Source of the DNA: Botryllus schlosseri
Lineage: Eukaryota
NCBI GenBank assembly: GCA_051294905.1
Contig: CM119371.1
Coordinates: forward strand, 38,070,001 to 38,134,000
Length of the DNA stretch: 64,000 bases
Direction: 5' to 3'
Position 1 is the first letter of the stretch, and every line of letters begins with the position of its first letter. The translations under genes and the position numbers were made by a program. The notes under the pieces are model-generated. The model worked only from the letters and a program-made list of their open reading frames with translations, had not been told where the DNA came from and made no database searches. This document shows positions 23,829 to 38,200 of the stretch, one piece after another.

Positions 23829-26402
23829 TAGGGTTCTGGTAAATATCAGGCTGATTTAAATCAGTGTGATTTAAATCAGGTTTTTTCCTTTGATTTTTGA
23901 TTTTAATTCCACCGTTCTGATTTATTTGATTTTTTGGTTTTTATTATTTTTCGAAAGATGCGTGAATATAGTTTATTTATAGACAACCTTATGTATTGTG
24001 CATAAACCGGACATTATTTTTCGCCACCGGTACCGGTACAGTTCAGCGAATCGAAAGCAAACCGTGAAAATTGCGCTCGCGGTGATTGTGATAGTGCTTT
24101 GCTGTGGATTCGCTGTGTTCGTGGTTATTTTTTGACCACTGTGCTGTGATGGTGGGAGGGCGAGACCCAGAAAACGAAACTCAATGTGGAGTCTATATCG
24201 GGAGATTCCCGCATCTCTGATGCCAAAGCGATACAAAAACGCCGTTGCGGTGTTGATATGATGCGTCAAGTAGCTAGAATGCATAAACACACGCAGGTAA
24301 GATTCCATATTATTATTATTGTGAGTAAAACCAATTCATGAACTCGCTTGAATACTGGTAATGCGTTGACAGGACATGGGCAGATAACCGCATTGCTACC
24401 GAATTCTCTTTGCATAGCTAAGATAAGAACCCTTGAAGGATACTGGTATGATAGGCAATTATTACTATTACTTACGTTTTACAACGCGTCAAATTAAATA
24501 TCCATACGTGCTTTTGTGTCTCGTATAATAGCCTACTTTCTTTGGATCCACAACAACATGACCATCAACAAATGGTGTTCCCCATAAACATGTCAAAGCT
24601 TATGGCGTTAATAATTAGTTAATTTTAGGGTATCATACAATTAGGGTTGGGATATTGTATGTATATGGATAGGATTAGAGTTGAGGATAGGGTTAGGTTG
24701 GGGTTATGGCTAGGTTGGGGTATCTTGGTCTTGGGCAAGGGTAATAAATGCTCGTACGATACCGTAACCATGAGTCAATGATAACAACAACAAGGGGAAC
24801 CTTGATTTGTGATGGTCATGTTGTGGATAAGTAAGTATACACTATACCCCAGCTGGGCTCCCTTGACCCCTTTTGGTCAATGGTGTCTAATAAATTGAGT
24901 GTGGACTATGGTGTATCATACTAGCAAACTAGATTACTTGACCAAAACATAAAGAGGCAAAGAGCCCCGACTGATATGTAAATGTACCAGAATACAAAAT
25001 GTTTTGCTTATTTTATCGTTGAAATCAATGATGATATAACGGTATTCAGAAGGAAATGGCAGGTAGGGTATGTGTAAAATGCCTACAATATTTATATTGC
25101 GGCAGTTGAACAACACTGCGAGCAAAAAAGTAATGTGACGACTATTCGATACTGGCAATCATAACTATGTGACTTCATTGCAAATAATTTGCATTCCTTG
25201 ATGCTATGTCACCACCCAAAACTATAATACGTTACCAATTTGACCATCATGGTTCCTAATCAAAACAACAAGAATTGCAGTTCGTTTGGTACCCCAACGT
25301 TTAATTCAGAGTTGCAAAGTGACATGATGGAATCGTAAATCTTGCATTTTTTTACAGCCATCTCAGAATTGGACAATACCTCCGCTGGGCTAATCCTATC
25401 AGGCTGGACGTGGCTCAAACTTGAGGTAAAAAAGACTGCCGCTTTTACTGCTGATGAAAAGAGTCTGGTTTTATCAAAGATGCACCGAAGAACAAAACTA
25501 CGTCGATGACCATCATCAAGATGCCTGGGTTCTAGATCCCCGAGTTAAAGGTTGTGGCTTGAACATGAATGGCAAAAGGAATCGGGCCTAGAAATTATTT
25601 TCAAAGATAGAACCAAGCTTCAATGATGATTCTGCTAGTAACCTCATCAAGCACTGGTTCTACTATATTGTCGTAAAGATGGTGAGTCTACCTGTGTGAA
25701 CCTAACACTGCATGTCTCTGATATTTCCCTGATTTTTTAGATATTTTTTATTCAGAATCCTGTATCTGGGCACCATATCTAACATCGCAGCTGGCATTAA
25801 TCTGCATGGATCTAGCTGTTGTTTCTCAAGAAATTCCCAAACTCGCCAGGACTGTTATTTCGTGCGTTTCACATGCTGCGTCTTTTGAAAGGCTTTGGTC
25901 ATGTGGAGCAGTAACTGCAACCAAGAGTTGTAATCGCCTAACACACACAAATGTTGGAGTGATGCTGCGAGTGGAAGATCACATCGTGGATATTGACTCT
26001 GGTATTGGCAAAGCAGATAAGGCGATGAGAAAGAAAAACGCTTTGCTGGCAGAGACCACTCCAGACATCAACAGCTATGCTCATGATGATGATGCTACTG
26101 CTACGATTGCTTCTGATTTGACGCGACATGTTGGCTTGATATTAGAGTAGATATCGGACGATTCTAGCCACCAACTGTTTCCCTGTAGGGTTGAACTCTT
26201 GAACATTTTCCACTCTGCGGATGAAGATTTAGAGCCTCGAATTATTCAGTTGATGAGATTTGCATCAGCACCTTGATTGGCATGGTTTTTGATCGTCCCA
26301 AGTTCATCGTTTTAGTAAAAAAATCAAAAAAATCATGGTTTTTATTATTGTTCGATTTAATCGATTCGAATCGGAGGCAAATTGATATTTACCGGAACCC
26401 TA
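23829..26402 (+). mobile_element. Defective hAT element with transposase remnant
   Basis: TIRs TAGGGTTCTGGTAAATATC / GATATTTACCGGAACCCTA; perfect TSD TTCCTACA; remnant PKLARTVISCVSHAASFERLWS...KSCNRL (25806-26150). Confidence 0.88.
24547..24826. mobile_element. Small inverted-repeat element with TTAGGG-like core
   Basis: Ends TCCACAACAACATGACCATCA / TGATGGTCATGTTGTGGA; internal ttaggg/gttggg-rich tract. Confidence 0.65.
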
Positions 26403-29400
26403 TTCCTACAAGACTGTGGGATTCCGAAATCGATAGCGCGTTTCACTGCGCTTCGATTGTCCAATTGTCAGCGAATAGTGCATAAGGCTGATTCGTATGT
26501 GCCTCACCTGGCTATTGTTTCTCTGCGATGGCATTGTCTGTAATATAAAGTCGAATGTCACCTTCATTGGCGATTTTGGGGGGGTTCTGGTGCTCTGACA
26601 CTGCTAATATTTGGATTTTCGGAATAAGTGTGACGATAGCATTTGATCGATACCAGTTATTTTGAATTCTGAGCTATTTATGATGAATTGCAATGTCGCA
26701 GGTGAGGCACGACCCGCCCGTGCCTCACCTGTGCCTCACCTCCTCTTTCGCGCTGTATTTTTGAAATTAATTATGCAAATTGATGATGTTGGGTGAAAAA
26801 ATGTTCAAATTTAGGCATTTATGAACATCGATGTAAAACATCGAGCGTTTTCACGATTTTCACTTACTCACCCAGACGACAGGCCGAGGCACTGCCTCAT
26901 TGGACCGCACGTCACTGCGCAAAGCTAGGGTGGAGGTGACTCGATTCAAGTCACGAGTGAATTCACTAGTCGAGTCAAGTTTAATTTTCAAAGCAGGCGA
27001 CATTATTCAAAGTCATTGCATTATGGTAACTGGATGGCGAGTCCCCATTTATCCTGAATCGAGGAACAAATAAGGAGTAGATTATATACACGCAAAAAAA
27101 GGCGCTCACGCATACGCATAACTGCTAAACTACACAAGTAGCGGTAGCCCCAGTCTAGTATATGAGCCAAAATACAGGATAAAATACGAAACCAGAGAAA
27201 GTGCAAAAAAGGATATGGTGCAATACTCTACCCACCTGTAGGCTACATATCCAAGATATACAATTATAAACGTACAACGATATCCGTGCGATTTAAATCA
27301 TGCAAGACTGTTCGTTGAGGTGAGCACTGGGCAATGTGAGCAGTTTATAGCACAGCAATACATTGCTAGTATATTACTTTATTACTAGTTTACGACAACG
27401 TATAAGCTGTGAGCTCCGATCACTGCATTTGCGATCAATTTATTTGTGATATTACAAACGCTTGGTAAAACATACGTACAATTATTGAGTGATTGATTGC
27501 TCTCACTGGTCAGGTCACACCAGCGTATCGTTAACAGTACGAACATATAAAAGATACAGCGATTTAGTCGACATCGATTACTTGAGGACTTGAAATTGAC
27601 TCGTGAATTTTGCTTCGAGTCATGAGTCAATCCAAATTTCTGAAACGTCGAGTCCAGTCAAGTCATTTTTGCAAAGTGACTCGAGTCAAGTCAAGTCATA
27701 GTGAGAGGTGACTCGAGTCATCCCAACACTGCAACACTGGTTACGCTACAATTTATTCTAGTTGTCCAAGTCGCACGTAACATCAAACGCCGCGTATAAT
27801 CGCCCACAGCAGCAAACATCAAACCGTCATGCAGGCGAGACACGGAACGCAGAAGTCGCAAGCTCATAGCGTTTCTCAAGCGGCTGTTTCTCTGTCGCCA
27901 TGCAACCGGATGAGTGACGTCGCTCATTCTCGTTTTACGCGGCAGATCAAATCACAGCTGATCGTCGGAGATATTGAGCCGCAATTACGACGGACAGCAT
28001 CCGTAATAGTGTAGGACTATCGATAACTGACCTACTAAGCGTAGGTATAAGGTAGTTATTTGTAGTTGCAGCCTACGGTCGAGTGTTCAGTAGCGACCAG
28101 TCTTGTGAGAAGGTTAACGACATCGTTTGTGTCTTAAATCTGCTAAACATGTCACGCTCGCATGCGATGGTTCATGCATTGTATAGAATTGAAGCAACGT
28201 AGGCTACTATACTATATATTGCAAGTGCATCGTATCTAGGAGTCAGCCTTTTCAGTGTCTTTTGGATATCCCTTCTTATCGCTGCTTTTGTTTGGCAAAT
28301 CGTCGATTGAGTCAGTTCAGTTTGTTCGTCACTTACTCACTTCATCAGTTCGAAGCACCACAAGATTACTACGAATTGGAGTAGTCTTTCGATCAGACAC
28401 CCACCTTGACGCAGAATATGAAAGAGGCATACTCACGTAAAGAACAGTAACAGAAGATATAATGAAAAGAATAGGCGATGTAAAATGAAGTAGCATATGT
28501 GGTGGTAAGCGAAGTCCATACGTTAGCGGTTCCCAAACCTTTTATGGTCGCGACCTCAAATTTCGATTTGAAAATGTTCCGCCACCACACCTCTCAGTTT
28601 GGAGTGCTGATTACTAGAAAAATGGTCAGCATCATCGCCCAAACCCATACTTACTGTCCTGTCCTGTGTATGAATCATATAGTATTATAGGCCTACTGTT
28701 AACACGTAGCACTACCGGTCAGCTAGTAATATTCCCGGAAGGAAAAATTACCGTCCTATTGGTTTCTATGCTCCCGACACTTTAATTTTCATACTAATGG
28801 ACAGACACCAACCTTACGTTATAGTAGGTGGCGCTTTAAAATGACGCTTCGACTGATCTGATGCCTTGTTTAGCGGGTTCGCATTCCTCAGAGGTCGTGT
28901 GTTTCTTCTATTTTGAAAAATGAAATAAAATATTCAGCCTAATAGACATTCTTGTAATAGTCATTGTTATTTAATTTTCGTCTCCGCGACCCCAGAGAAT
29001 AGGAAACGACCCCATTGGGGTCGCGAACCCTAGTTTAGAATGCTCCTGCGTTGGGCCGTGATATCGAGCGCTACATTACAGGCGTGGGCAAAGTTCGCCT
29101 CTATCATCCTCTGACTGCGACTCTTTAATGATTGCACAATGCACATGCGTTTCGTCGTTTTGCTAGAGAGGTTTAACCTGATTATATATTGATGCATTTT
29201 ATCATATAATAACAATATGCATATGCCGTTATCGTGTTGTTTCTTTCCTCGTGGTTTACGAAAGACTTGTAAAATTTAGGGGTAGGTGGCGCTACAGAGT
29301 TAAAACCTTGCAACTGAATTCTCGAATCGAGTTCACATAAACGTTTCACCCGCAACAATGGTGCTTGTTCATCAATCAATTAAAAATCATTGTGTTCAAA

Positions 29401-29922
29401 AATGAACTTGATTATAATTAGTCACGCTACCGCAGGTCACCATCATTTCCGGGCTAGTAATTGTGAATGCGGCTCTTCCCTTTTAATTGTAAAGTCTAGC
29501 AATAGCTGCAGAGTTTGGCCAAGAATACGTCGTCGGGCGATAATTGCAAGAAAAGAAAGTATGAACAGGAAAATAGAACAGTACCTTGAAACGTCATTAT
29601 TACGAAACAAAACTAAAAAAGTTGCCACGAGTTGCCCAACGAAGACAGATATACGGAGTAATAAGATTACCGTGCTGAAATTTTCCTTAAATGCTTAAAA
29701 GCGCTTGAAGGAACTGCTCCACACTGCTTTGACGTCATATCAGCCTGATTTCAAACACCTTACAGCCCAGGTGGAGATGGAGACACACCCTGTCACCACA
29801 CGCACAACAATAAACTTCAATCGATAGCCTACATGGGTTTGTGACGTACTAAATGCGTATTTTTGTGTTGTTGCTCTTAGCTAGGATATTTGATAAGCGG
29901 CTCGCGCATGACGCAGTTCTGC

Positions 29923-30334
29923 CAGGGTTACCATACGTCCTCTTTTAACAGGATTTGTCCTTTTTCTTACTTTTTTGAAAGGGTTCTCGGAGGACGCCCA
30001 AATGCCCTCTTTTTTGAGATTTTACATTCTTTTCTGAGAATTTCGGTTAAATATAGGGCAAAATTCGACTGAGATACACTAAATCAGCACTAAAGTAACG
30101 CTCCGCCGGCTATGTCGGGAGCTGAGCCGGAAAGCTGACCTATTTTTTTTTAATCAACCAACTGATAACGACAGTATTTTGGGACCTGAGCCAGAAAGAT
30201 GACCTTTTTTTTAGTCAACCGACCACGAAGTGCAAAAAAATTGCCATTTTTTTTGGATTTTCCTCCGGTGTTGCAAGTCTTGAAAATTTTGAAAAAGTGT
30301 CCTCTTTTCAGATTTCCAAAATATGGTAACCCTA
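29923..30334. mobile_element. hAT MITE, same family as 20522-20896
   Basis: TIRs CAGGGTTACCATA / TATGGTAACCCTA; perfect TSD AGTTCTGC; colinear internal sequence. Confidence 0.9.
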
Positions 30335-32168
30335 AGTTCTGCCCACCCCTGCTCTATAGTATTCAACGATACTCTTGGAGGTACAGAACTTCAATATACA
30401 ATTGCAATATATATTCAATTGTATCTAGTATTAATTCAAGAGAATCTATTTGCATTTTGATCAATGAATTTGAACTCTTGGTACATAAACTTGGCGGATA
30501 CAGATACACAGTCCGTCCGTCCGTCCGTCCTACTTGATAGAGCGATGCGTTTCCGTCTCAATATATAGCTTCATTTTCTAGGACCGGGATCGCTTTACTA
30601 TCTGACGTTAGAACTTTATCATCCAAACATAGACGGATCTCATTTGTCACGCATTTAATCCTGGAACATGCAATTAGAGGGCTTATTAAAGTCAATTCGC
30701 GCCGAATTTGTAGGCGATGTTACCTCGACAAATAAACGCCAAAGGAGAAATGACAGTGTTTACTTGAAAATACTTTTGTTTGCCGATGAGATGGGTCGGC
30801 GAGCAAAATGCCGATTCTCAATTTTCTTGACAGAGTGGTAGGCTATTGTCTGTTTAGGATGGAGCTTATATATTTATTTACGTCAGCTTTTCAGCATTCC
30901 TAATTACTGAACACTTGCGTCGTATCTCCAAAGATCGGTGAACTGAAAATTATCCGCCTCTCATAATAGCAACGAGCTATGAACAGATCTTTGACAGCAC
31001 GGAAGTAGGGTATCGGTTTTCAGTTGTTGAATGCATATATAGTTGTTATAAATGTTTCGTCTTGATATTCATAAGCTCATGGGCGAGCTGTTTTTTCTCA
31101 CTATATTGTGGTAACGAAGGCAAATACACGTTGAAAGCGTATTTTGTTGCGAAGACATTCATCTGATGGTGATTTATTGCAAAGTGAGAAAGAATATTCT
31201 ATGCTGAGATCGCCGATTCAAGACCAACGCGGGCGTGGCAAATTCCATTTCGGTCCGCAAATATTGGAAAATATCTTCATAAGAATGCTGGACCCTTCGG
31301 CCGGAGGCCATTGTTTGCTAAACCATAGAATTTCAATGTACGACATTCTCGATTCGCTAAACTTTGCAACTGTATTACGGACTATATGAGAATAGTATGG
31401 AACAGCACTCAGATTCAGAGGTATAGTTTTGCGATCGTTACGTCAATATATGTAGTCATTGTCCTGCTAGGCAAACTTATATAGGTTTGGAGTAGCCTAG
31501 TTAGTTATGATATGGTTACGTCTGACCGTATTTAAATGGTATTTTTCTCCGCGACTTGTAATTTCAAACATTCTACGCGGCGCTTAGAGGCCTCAAGACT
31601 ATTTATTTATTTATCATGATGTGTATTTTTAAATCATTCCTTGAAGCGACGGGCTGCTGATCTTCCGACTGAAAGATCGCCCTCTAATTTGGGTTCAACG
31701 AATTAGTACAGAAAGTAAAGTACCAAGAACGCGCGCAGCAATTTATGAGAGCTAAACGCTGTAGTTCGTGAAATATCGCAATTTCAACTTGTACCCAACA
31801 AAACGGGATATAATCAGCTTCATGTGTAATTTGTTACATAGCTATCTGAATGCGGAGCATGGCGGCTCGCTACGGTGGAGTTGTAAAGCGGTCGCAAATC
31901 GCTCGCGTTGCAGTTTGTCAGTGTTTTGAAAGGCTTCGATCCATTTAGTTCTTGGTCACGCCTTGCATTTCAAACACCTTGATCTTCAAGGCAAGAGGAT
32001 TATTAGTATCCGGCGAGGTCGTTTCGTTCAGGGTGTTGTGTAGATGTTACAATGTAGTAATGGATGAATCCCGATAGCAACGACCAACGCTTTGACGTAA
32101 TATTATGTGTCCTGTCGATGATTAGGTTTTAGCCGATACCCGATACTTCTGGTACTTTTGCTGACGTC

Positions 32169-32278
32169 ATGGGACGTAAACTAGACCTCGGAGAACTTAC
32201 CGAAGAAGAGGAGAAAACTATTTTGAACGTCATCCAGCGTGATTATGATGTAAGAAGAGTCGAATCGCACCGAATCGA
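32169..32278 (+). CDS. MYRIP: MYRIP-like exon 1 (Slp homology domain SHD1 helix)
   Basis: MGRKLDLGELTEEEEKTILNVIQRDYDVRRVESHRI; donor GA|gtgagt, phase 2. Confidence 0.93.
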
Positions 32279-35200
32279 GTGAGTGATATGGTTTATGATA
32301 AAATATATTATATCTACTCGCTAATCTCCCAGTCTCGGATTTTATCGTTATGAAACCTTGGGTGAGTTTGAAAGCATTTCGTAATCATGTCGGCTGTGAG
32401 TAGTAAAGTCCACGAAAGTAACAATAATAGTGACATCGCTGATAGTGTCATCTTCATTGAGATCAACTTGATGAACTGTTTATCTTCGGCTCACATTGAG
32501 GTTGATTTTTTAGCAGCGAGTGGGCGCTGTTTTAGTCCCGCCCACAAAGTCAATACGACAGCACTTGGTTATGACTCGGAGATGTTTGCCTTCACATTCC
32601 ACGACATCTGCTATTGTGTGAGGTGAACGTGCAATATATCAACTTTTCTCTGGTCAACATCTCGGATCGAACACTGCCTGTGAAATATGTCACGGCCGGA
32701 TTATGATCGCCGGCAGCATCGTCACTCAACAATATAGCACTGGAACGGGATTGGATATATTCGTGTACGCCGCGCAGTGCCTAAATTCTTTTTCATGTTG
32801 ATGTCATCATAGGCCAATGAACAAATTAGTAACAAATGCTAGTCAGTGCTCGAGATTACCGGACGATGATCTGATAAATCCGGCCAAAAAAATCCGCTTT
32901 ACCGATTCCAAACCCAAATCCGTGCTTATCAGTATCAGTTTATTAATATTTTCACCATTTCAAATCATCACAAGACTGCGATACAATGAAAAGATAGGAA
33001 GACGCACGCCTCTCTGTTACATCACCCAGGCCCAGTTCGGCGCGTGATTTCATAGACTACTCCAAGTGGTTTCTATGCCTTCCAATCAATTTATTGTATC
33101 GCTGTGCGGTGTTTCTCCTAGCATGTCCACATTCAAGTCGAAATACATGCAATTTCTACTGAATCAATACAATACTAGTCAGCCCCCAGGTTTACCGGAC
33201 CACGACCTGACATATCGATCTCGCCTTCCGTCACATGTAACCTCATTTTGTCGCTTGTCTTTTTTGCATTGTCTTCATTTATTTTTCATTCAGTGTACAC
33301 TGTGCAATGTGTATGCCTCCTCTTTACATCGCCTAGACCAGGTTAGTGTCTGATTTCAAAGACTACTCATTAGTGAACAATAGATTGCATTGAACAATAA
33401 ACTCAACTCTCTCTAAACTGCTAGCTCTCTCTCGCTCATGCCTGCGCGCGTAATTTGTTATGATCAGCACAACAACACTGCAGTGGGATACGATTATACG
33501 AATGTAATAGGGGGGTGTCTGCTTGTTGCTAATAAGAAATAACTATATAGTTATATTGAACGTTGATTCTGTTTGTCACTGACTCTATACCAGTGTACTG
33601 TTGTATTGAAATTTATCTTCTGTGATTTGAGGCAACTGAATGAAGATGTCAATAAAGAGGAAGTGGTCCGCAACGATGCCGAAGTCTCCGATCTTTGTGC
33701 GAAATGCGGGAGCAAATTTGTGTGGCTGATAAATCCCAAGGTAAATCAGGAATATATTACCATTTATTGGCTGTTGTGATGCGTGGGATTGATTGCCATT
33801 GCACACGAGACACTCATTGGATAGCTCAAGTTATTGTTTGTGTTTTGAAGGAGAAAACGTTTAAAATCTGTAAATATTTCAATCCATGCACTTGGGGCGT
33901 CGGGCCATTACATGTTTGTGTGGAAAGCCGACCCAATTCCGATAAGATAAAAATTAATGAGTTGCTTCCGAATTTAATCTTGTTGTGTTTTAGTTGATTA
34001 GTTTCAGATTTTTAAACGTCAGTTCTATTTCTAGTTCTGAGTTCTGAAAAGTCCGATGACCTATAGTTCTGGTTGTAGTTGCGCATTTTGATAAGTGAGT
34101 AGATATATATATATATATATTGTTGCATATTATAAAAAATCGAGTCGTTCGTAAAAGTCTGGTAATGAATGCTCCTATGATACCCTAGCCGTAAACTGAT
34201 TATATAAACACCGTGGGCAACCCTGATTGGCAGCCTGTTTGGAATCAGTGTCCTGTGCTCACACTATATTTCATTTTTTAATTATTTTTTATTAAATTAC
34301 TTTAACTTGGAAAATCATCGCTGCTCACCTGATACATCAGGCAAAAAGGCCAGCGATTCCAATCAGGATTGGCAGGGTTGTAACCAAGTCTCAAGGCTCT
34401 GGGTCTCAAGTCAATCTCACTTAATTGTAGTTTTGACTCGAGTCAAGTCGAGTCATTTTCAATTCACCACCGAGTCAAGTCGGAGTCCAAGTCAGCGAGC
34501 AGAGGTTCTAGTCCTAGTCATGGTATTATGACTCGAGTCCCGAGTTCAAGTCATTGTGTTGACAGATCAGTTTCCAGTTGAATCTTGTTAAACCCACTTT
34601 TGTAACTCTTTTGATGATATCAAATGGCTTGCATTTATAATACCGGTATGCTGATTATCCTCACTTTTAACAGTTTCTGGTCGCATTTTCAAGCACCAGT
34701 ACTAATAGACGAAATCACAATAAGGTGGTTACTTTACTATTCTCCGAGATTACAATGAAATGTCGGTCTTGGCCGTCAGAGTCTCGAGTCATATGACTTG
34801 GTTCGAGTCATGCGCAATGACTCGAGTCCAAGTCAAGTAAATACACAAATTGACTCGAATCGAGTCATTTCCGTAATTTGAGGAAATGACTCGAGTCAAG
34901 CCGAGTCATCAGAAAATCGTGACTCGAGTCTGACTCGAGTCATTACAACCCTGCTGATTGGTAATGATCACGTTGCTCCCAATAATACACATATCTCGTA
35001 TCTAGAGTGGAATTAGTGGCGACGTGACGCACAACTTTCTGTTTAATTACCTAATTATTCTATGCAGAAAATCTCTCATCACACAGGATTTATTTCAAAA
35101 AATGAACCGAGGTTCCATGGGGTCTCTTATGCCTGTTACGTAGAAAAGAATGCTGAAAAATCGTTATAATTCTTTTCCCAGTCTCAATGCGACGGATGCG

Positions 35201-38200
35201 AATTGTTCTTTTGCAAGAACAAGATCGATTGCATAACCTACGACAAAGTCTCAAAGAAATGCTTTTGCACAGCCTGCGTGAAGCAAAGGTTTGGTGAAAT
35301 TCTCTCCTCTTAGCCTACATAATCGTTGTAAATACTTTGAGTAAGAAATATCATATTCTGTAATTGGCCGTGAGTAAGCAAAACTTTTTTTATGGTACAA
35401 AGTTTTGTGTTATTGTATTGTAAGGCAACGATCTTAACAATCTGCTAGACATTTGGTAAATTGGACGGTGTGATGATCAGTCATTATATGCAACAAAAAT
35501 ATATAAACTATGCGCTAGGGACAGTATTATCATTTATGGTGACTGGTTACCATGCAGGTTTGACCCGAAACCAATTTACAGAATTTGTGTTGGGTCGAAC
35601 GCAGACTTGTACCAACTATCAATCAGTGAACCCACTACTGTTTCTTTGAGTAGTTCTAATTCCAATTGCGGATTTTAGAAAAAATTAGTTGCCTAACAAC
35701 TAGAAAACATGTGTCGTCGCTTGACGTGATGCTGGTGTTCTGCTGTGTAATGTTCTTGCTGCCATTGCTAGCTCAGAGTCATCACTAATAACAGTGGCGG
35801 AGCCGGGGTTGGGTTTTGGGGTTCTCAGGAGGGTTGTAACCAAGTCACTGGGTTCCAAGTCATAAGTTAATCTTACTTTTATAGTTTTGACTCGAGTCAG
35901 GTCGAGTCATTTTCAATTCACCACAGAGTCCAAGTCATCGAGCAGAGGTTTGAGTCCGAGTCATGGTATTATGACTCGAGTCCGAGTCCAATTTATTGTA
36001 TTGACTGCTCAGTTTCCAGTTAAAGTCATGTTAAACCCACTTTTTATAACTGTTTGGTGATATCGAATGATTCACATTAATAATATACTAATTCTCCTCA
36101 CTTTTAGAAGTGTCTGGTCGCATTTTCGATTACCAGTACCAATAGACGAAATCCCAATAGTATGGTTACTTTCCTATTCTTCGAAATTACAATGAAATGT
36201 CGGTCTTGGCCGTCTGAGTCTCGAGTCATTCACAATGACTCGAGTCCATGTCGAGTCAATACACAGATCGAGTCGAGTCATTTCCGTATTTTGAGGAAAT
36301 GACTCGAGTCAAATCGAGTCATTAGAAAATCGTGACTCTAGTCGAGTCATGACTCGAGTCATTACAACCCTGGTTCTCGGAACCCCTTCCATTTCAAACT
36401 CGGAACCCCTTTCTTGTGAAATAGGAATTCTATCTCCAATATTTCTTAGCTCATTTGCAATCCAGTAACTTGTATTATCAGAAATTATTTAATTGTGGTA
36501 TCAGATTTTTAAAGATCGTTAATTCTAGTTCAGTTTGCAATTTTTGAAAACGGATTGTTCTAGTTGCGCGATTTGAAAATCCAGTATCGCAGTTTGCCCA
36601 ATTCGGCACGGACAACCTTTTTTCAAGTCAGCTTGACAGTACGCAACTACGTTACCGCATTAGTTTACAAAGTCATATTGAAATAAACTCAAATATTTTC
36701 GACTGTCACGCAATAGGGGTAATCACTGGCAACTTTCAAGGTTTATTTGGATACGATTTTATTATTCAATTGTATACTGAAGTTCTCTACCTCCGAGAGT
36801 CTTTTTTGAAAAGTAGTTGATCAGAACGGACAACGAAATATGAAACTGTAGTAGGAAGCGGGGTTGTTGTAACCAAGTCACAAGGCTCTGAGTCACAAGT
36901 CAATCTCACTTTTATAGTTTTGACTCGAGTCAAGTCGAGTCATTTTCAATTCTCCACCGAGTCAGGTCCCAGTCAGCGAGCAGAGGGTCGGGTCCGAGTC
37001 ATGGTATTATGACTCGAGTCGAAGTCGTTGCGTTGAATGCTCAGTTTCGATTAAGTCTTGTTAAAGCCACTTTTTATAACTCTGTTTGTTGATATCGAAT
37101 GGTTCACATTTAAAATATAGGCCTACTAATTTTCTTCAATTTTAACAGTTTCTGGTTGCATTTTCAAGTACCAGTACCAATAGGCAAAATACCTACAGTG
37201 TGGTTATATTACTATTCTTCGAAATTGCAATGAAACATCGGTCTGAAACTCGAGTCATATGACTGGGTCCGAGTCATGCGCAAGCACAATGACTCAAGTC
37301 CAAGTCGAGTCAATACATCGATTGACTCAAGTCGAGTCATTTCCGTATTTTGAGAAAATGACTCGAGTCAAGTCGAGTCATCAGAAAATCGCGAGTCTAG
37401 TCATGACTCGAGTCATTACGACTCTGCTAGAAAGATACACACGTTAGTGGATTCACAGCAATCCACAGCATTGCCATAAAGGTATGGTAAAAAAATACCA
37501 GATGATCCTTAATGCGATTAAGAACTGGCGTTATATTCTTTGTGGTCGGTGTAGCATAAAAGTTACATATTTAAACTTTACATATACTGTTGCGATGTCA
37601 TAATGTGTGATACTTGAACACTCGATGTACAAGACAATAATAATGTGATTGTCAATCTGCATCCTCCTCTTACATCGAAAATTTGTTCGGAAAGTTTATT
37701 TAGATGAATTTGAATTTATTTTTGTTGTCATTTATAAATTATTGTTATATCAGGCTACTAATTATAACAATGTAAATGGTTTGAAATCGATTCCGCAGAA
37801 ATCTTGCCACGCTGGCCGGCGAATGGTTTTATTCCAAATTGAAAGGGAAATTCAGGCGGCACGGCGGCGCCAAAGTGTCTCGAGAAATACAGAAGCGAAG
37901 GAAATCTCAGAAACCAGAAAGCGGCGAGTTTTCATAAAAAAATTTGAATTTTTTTATATCAATTTGAAAAAAAACAACAGAATACTTATGTGTTACAGAA
38001 TCGTCGCCACCCCTGCAAAGACAGAACGCAGATCACTCGAGCGGTAAGTCGTATGTTGTGGAAACCCGGGGTTGTAATCACTCAAGTCGTGACCAGAGTC
38101 TGTCTCGAGGCGCAAATTTTCAACGACTCGACTCTCAAGAGTAGAGCTATTCCAAGAAGTCATCGTTTTGTACTCAAGTAGAAGTAACAGTAACAATGAA

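Larger units (their letters stand above)
21649..26917. mobile_element. Outer hAT-like element hosting multiple nested insertions
   Basis: TIRs CAGTGACGTGCGG / CCGCACGTCACTG; TSD CGCAAGCT vs CGCAAAGCT; GGTGAGGCAC/GTGCCTCACC subterminal motifs. Confidence 0.85.

Noticed and set aside
24625..24745. Interstitial telomere
   Set aside because: Only degenerate TTAGGG-like words within a small inverted-repeat element
25806..26150. Functional 114-aa gene
   Set aside because: Fragment of a decayed hAT transposase inside a TIR/TSD-bounded element
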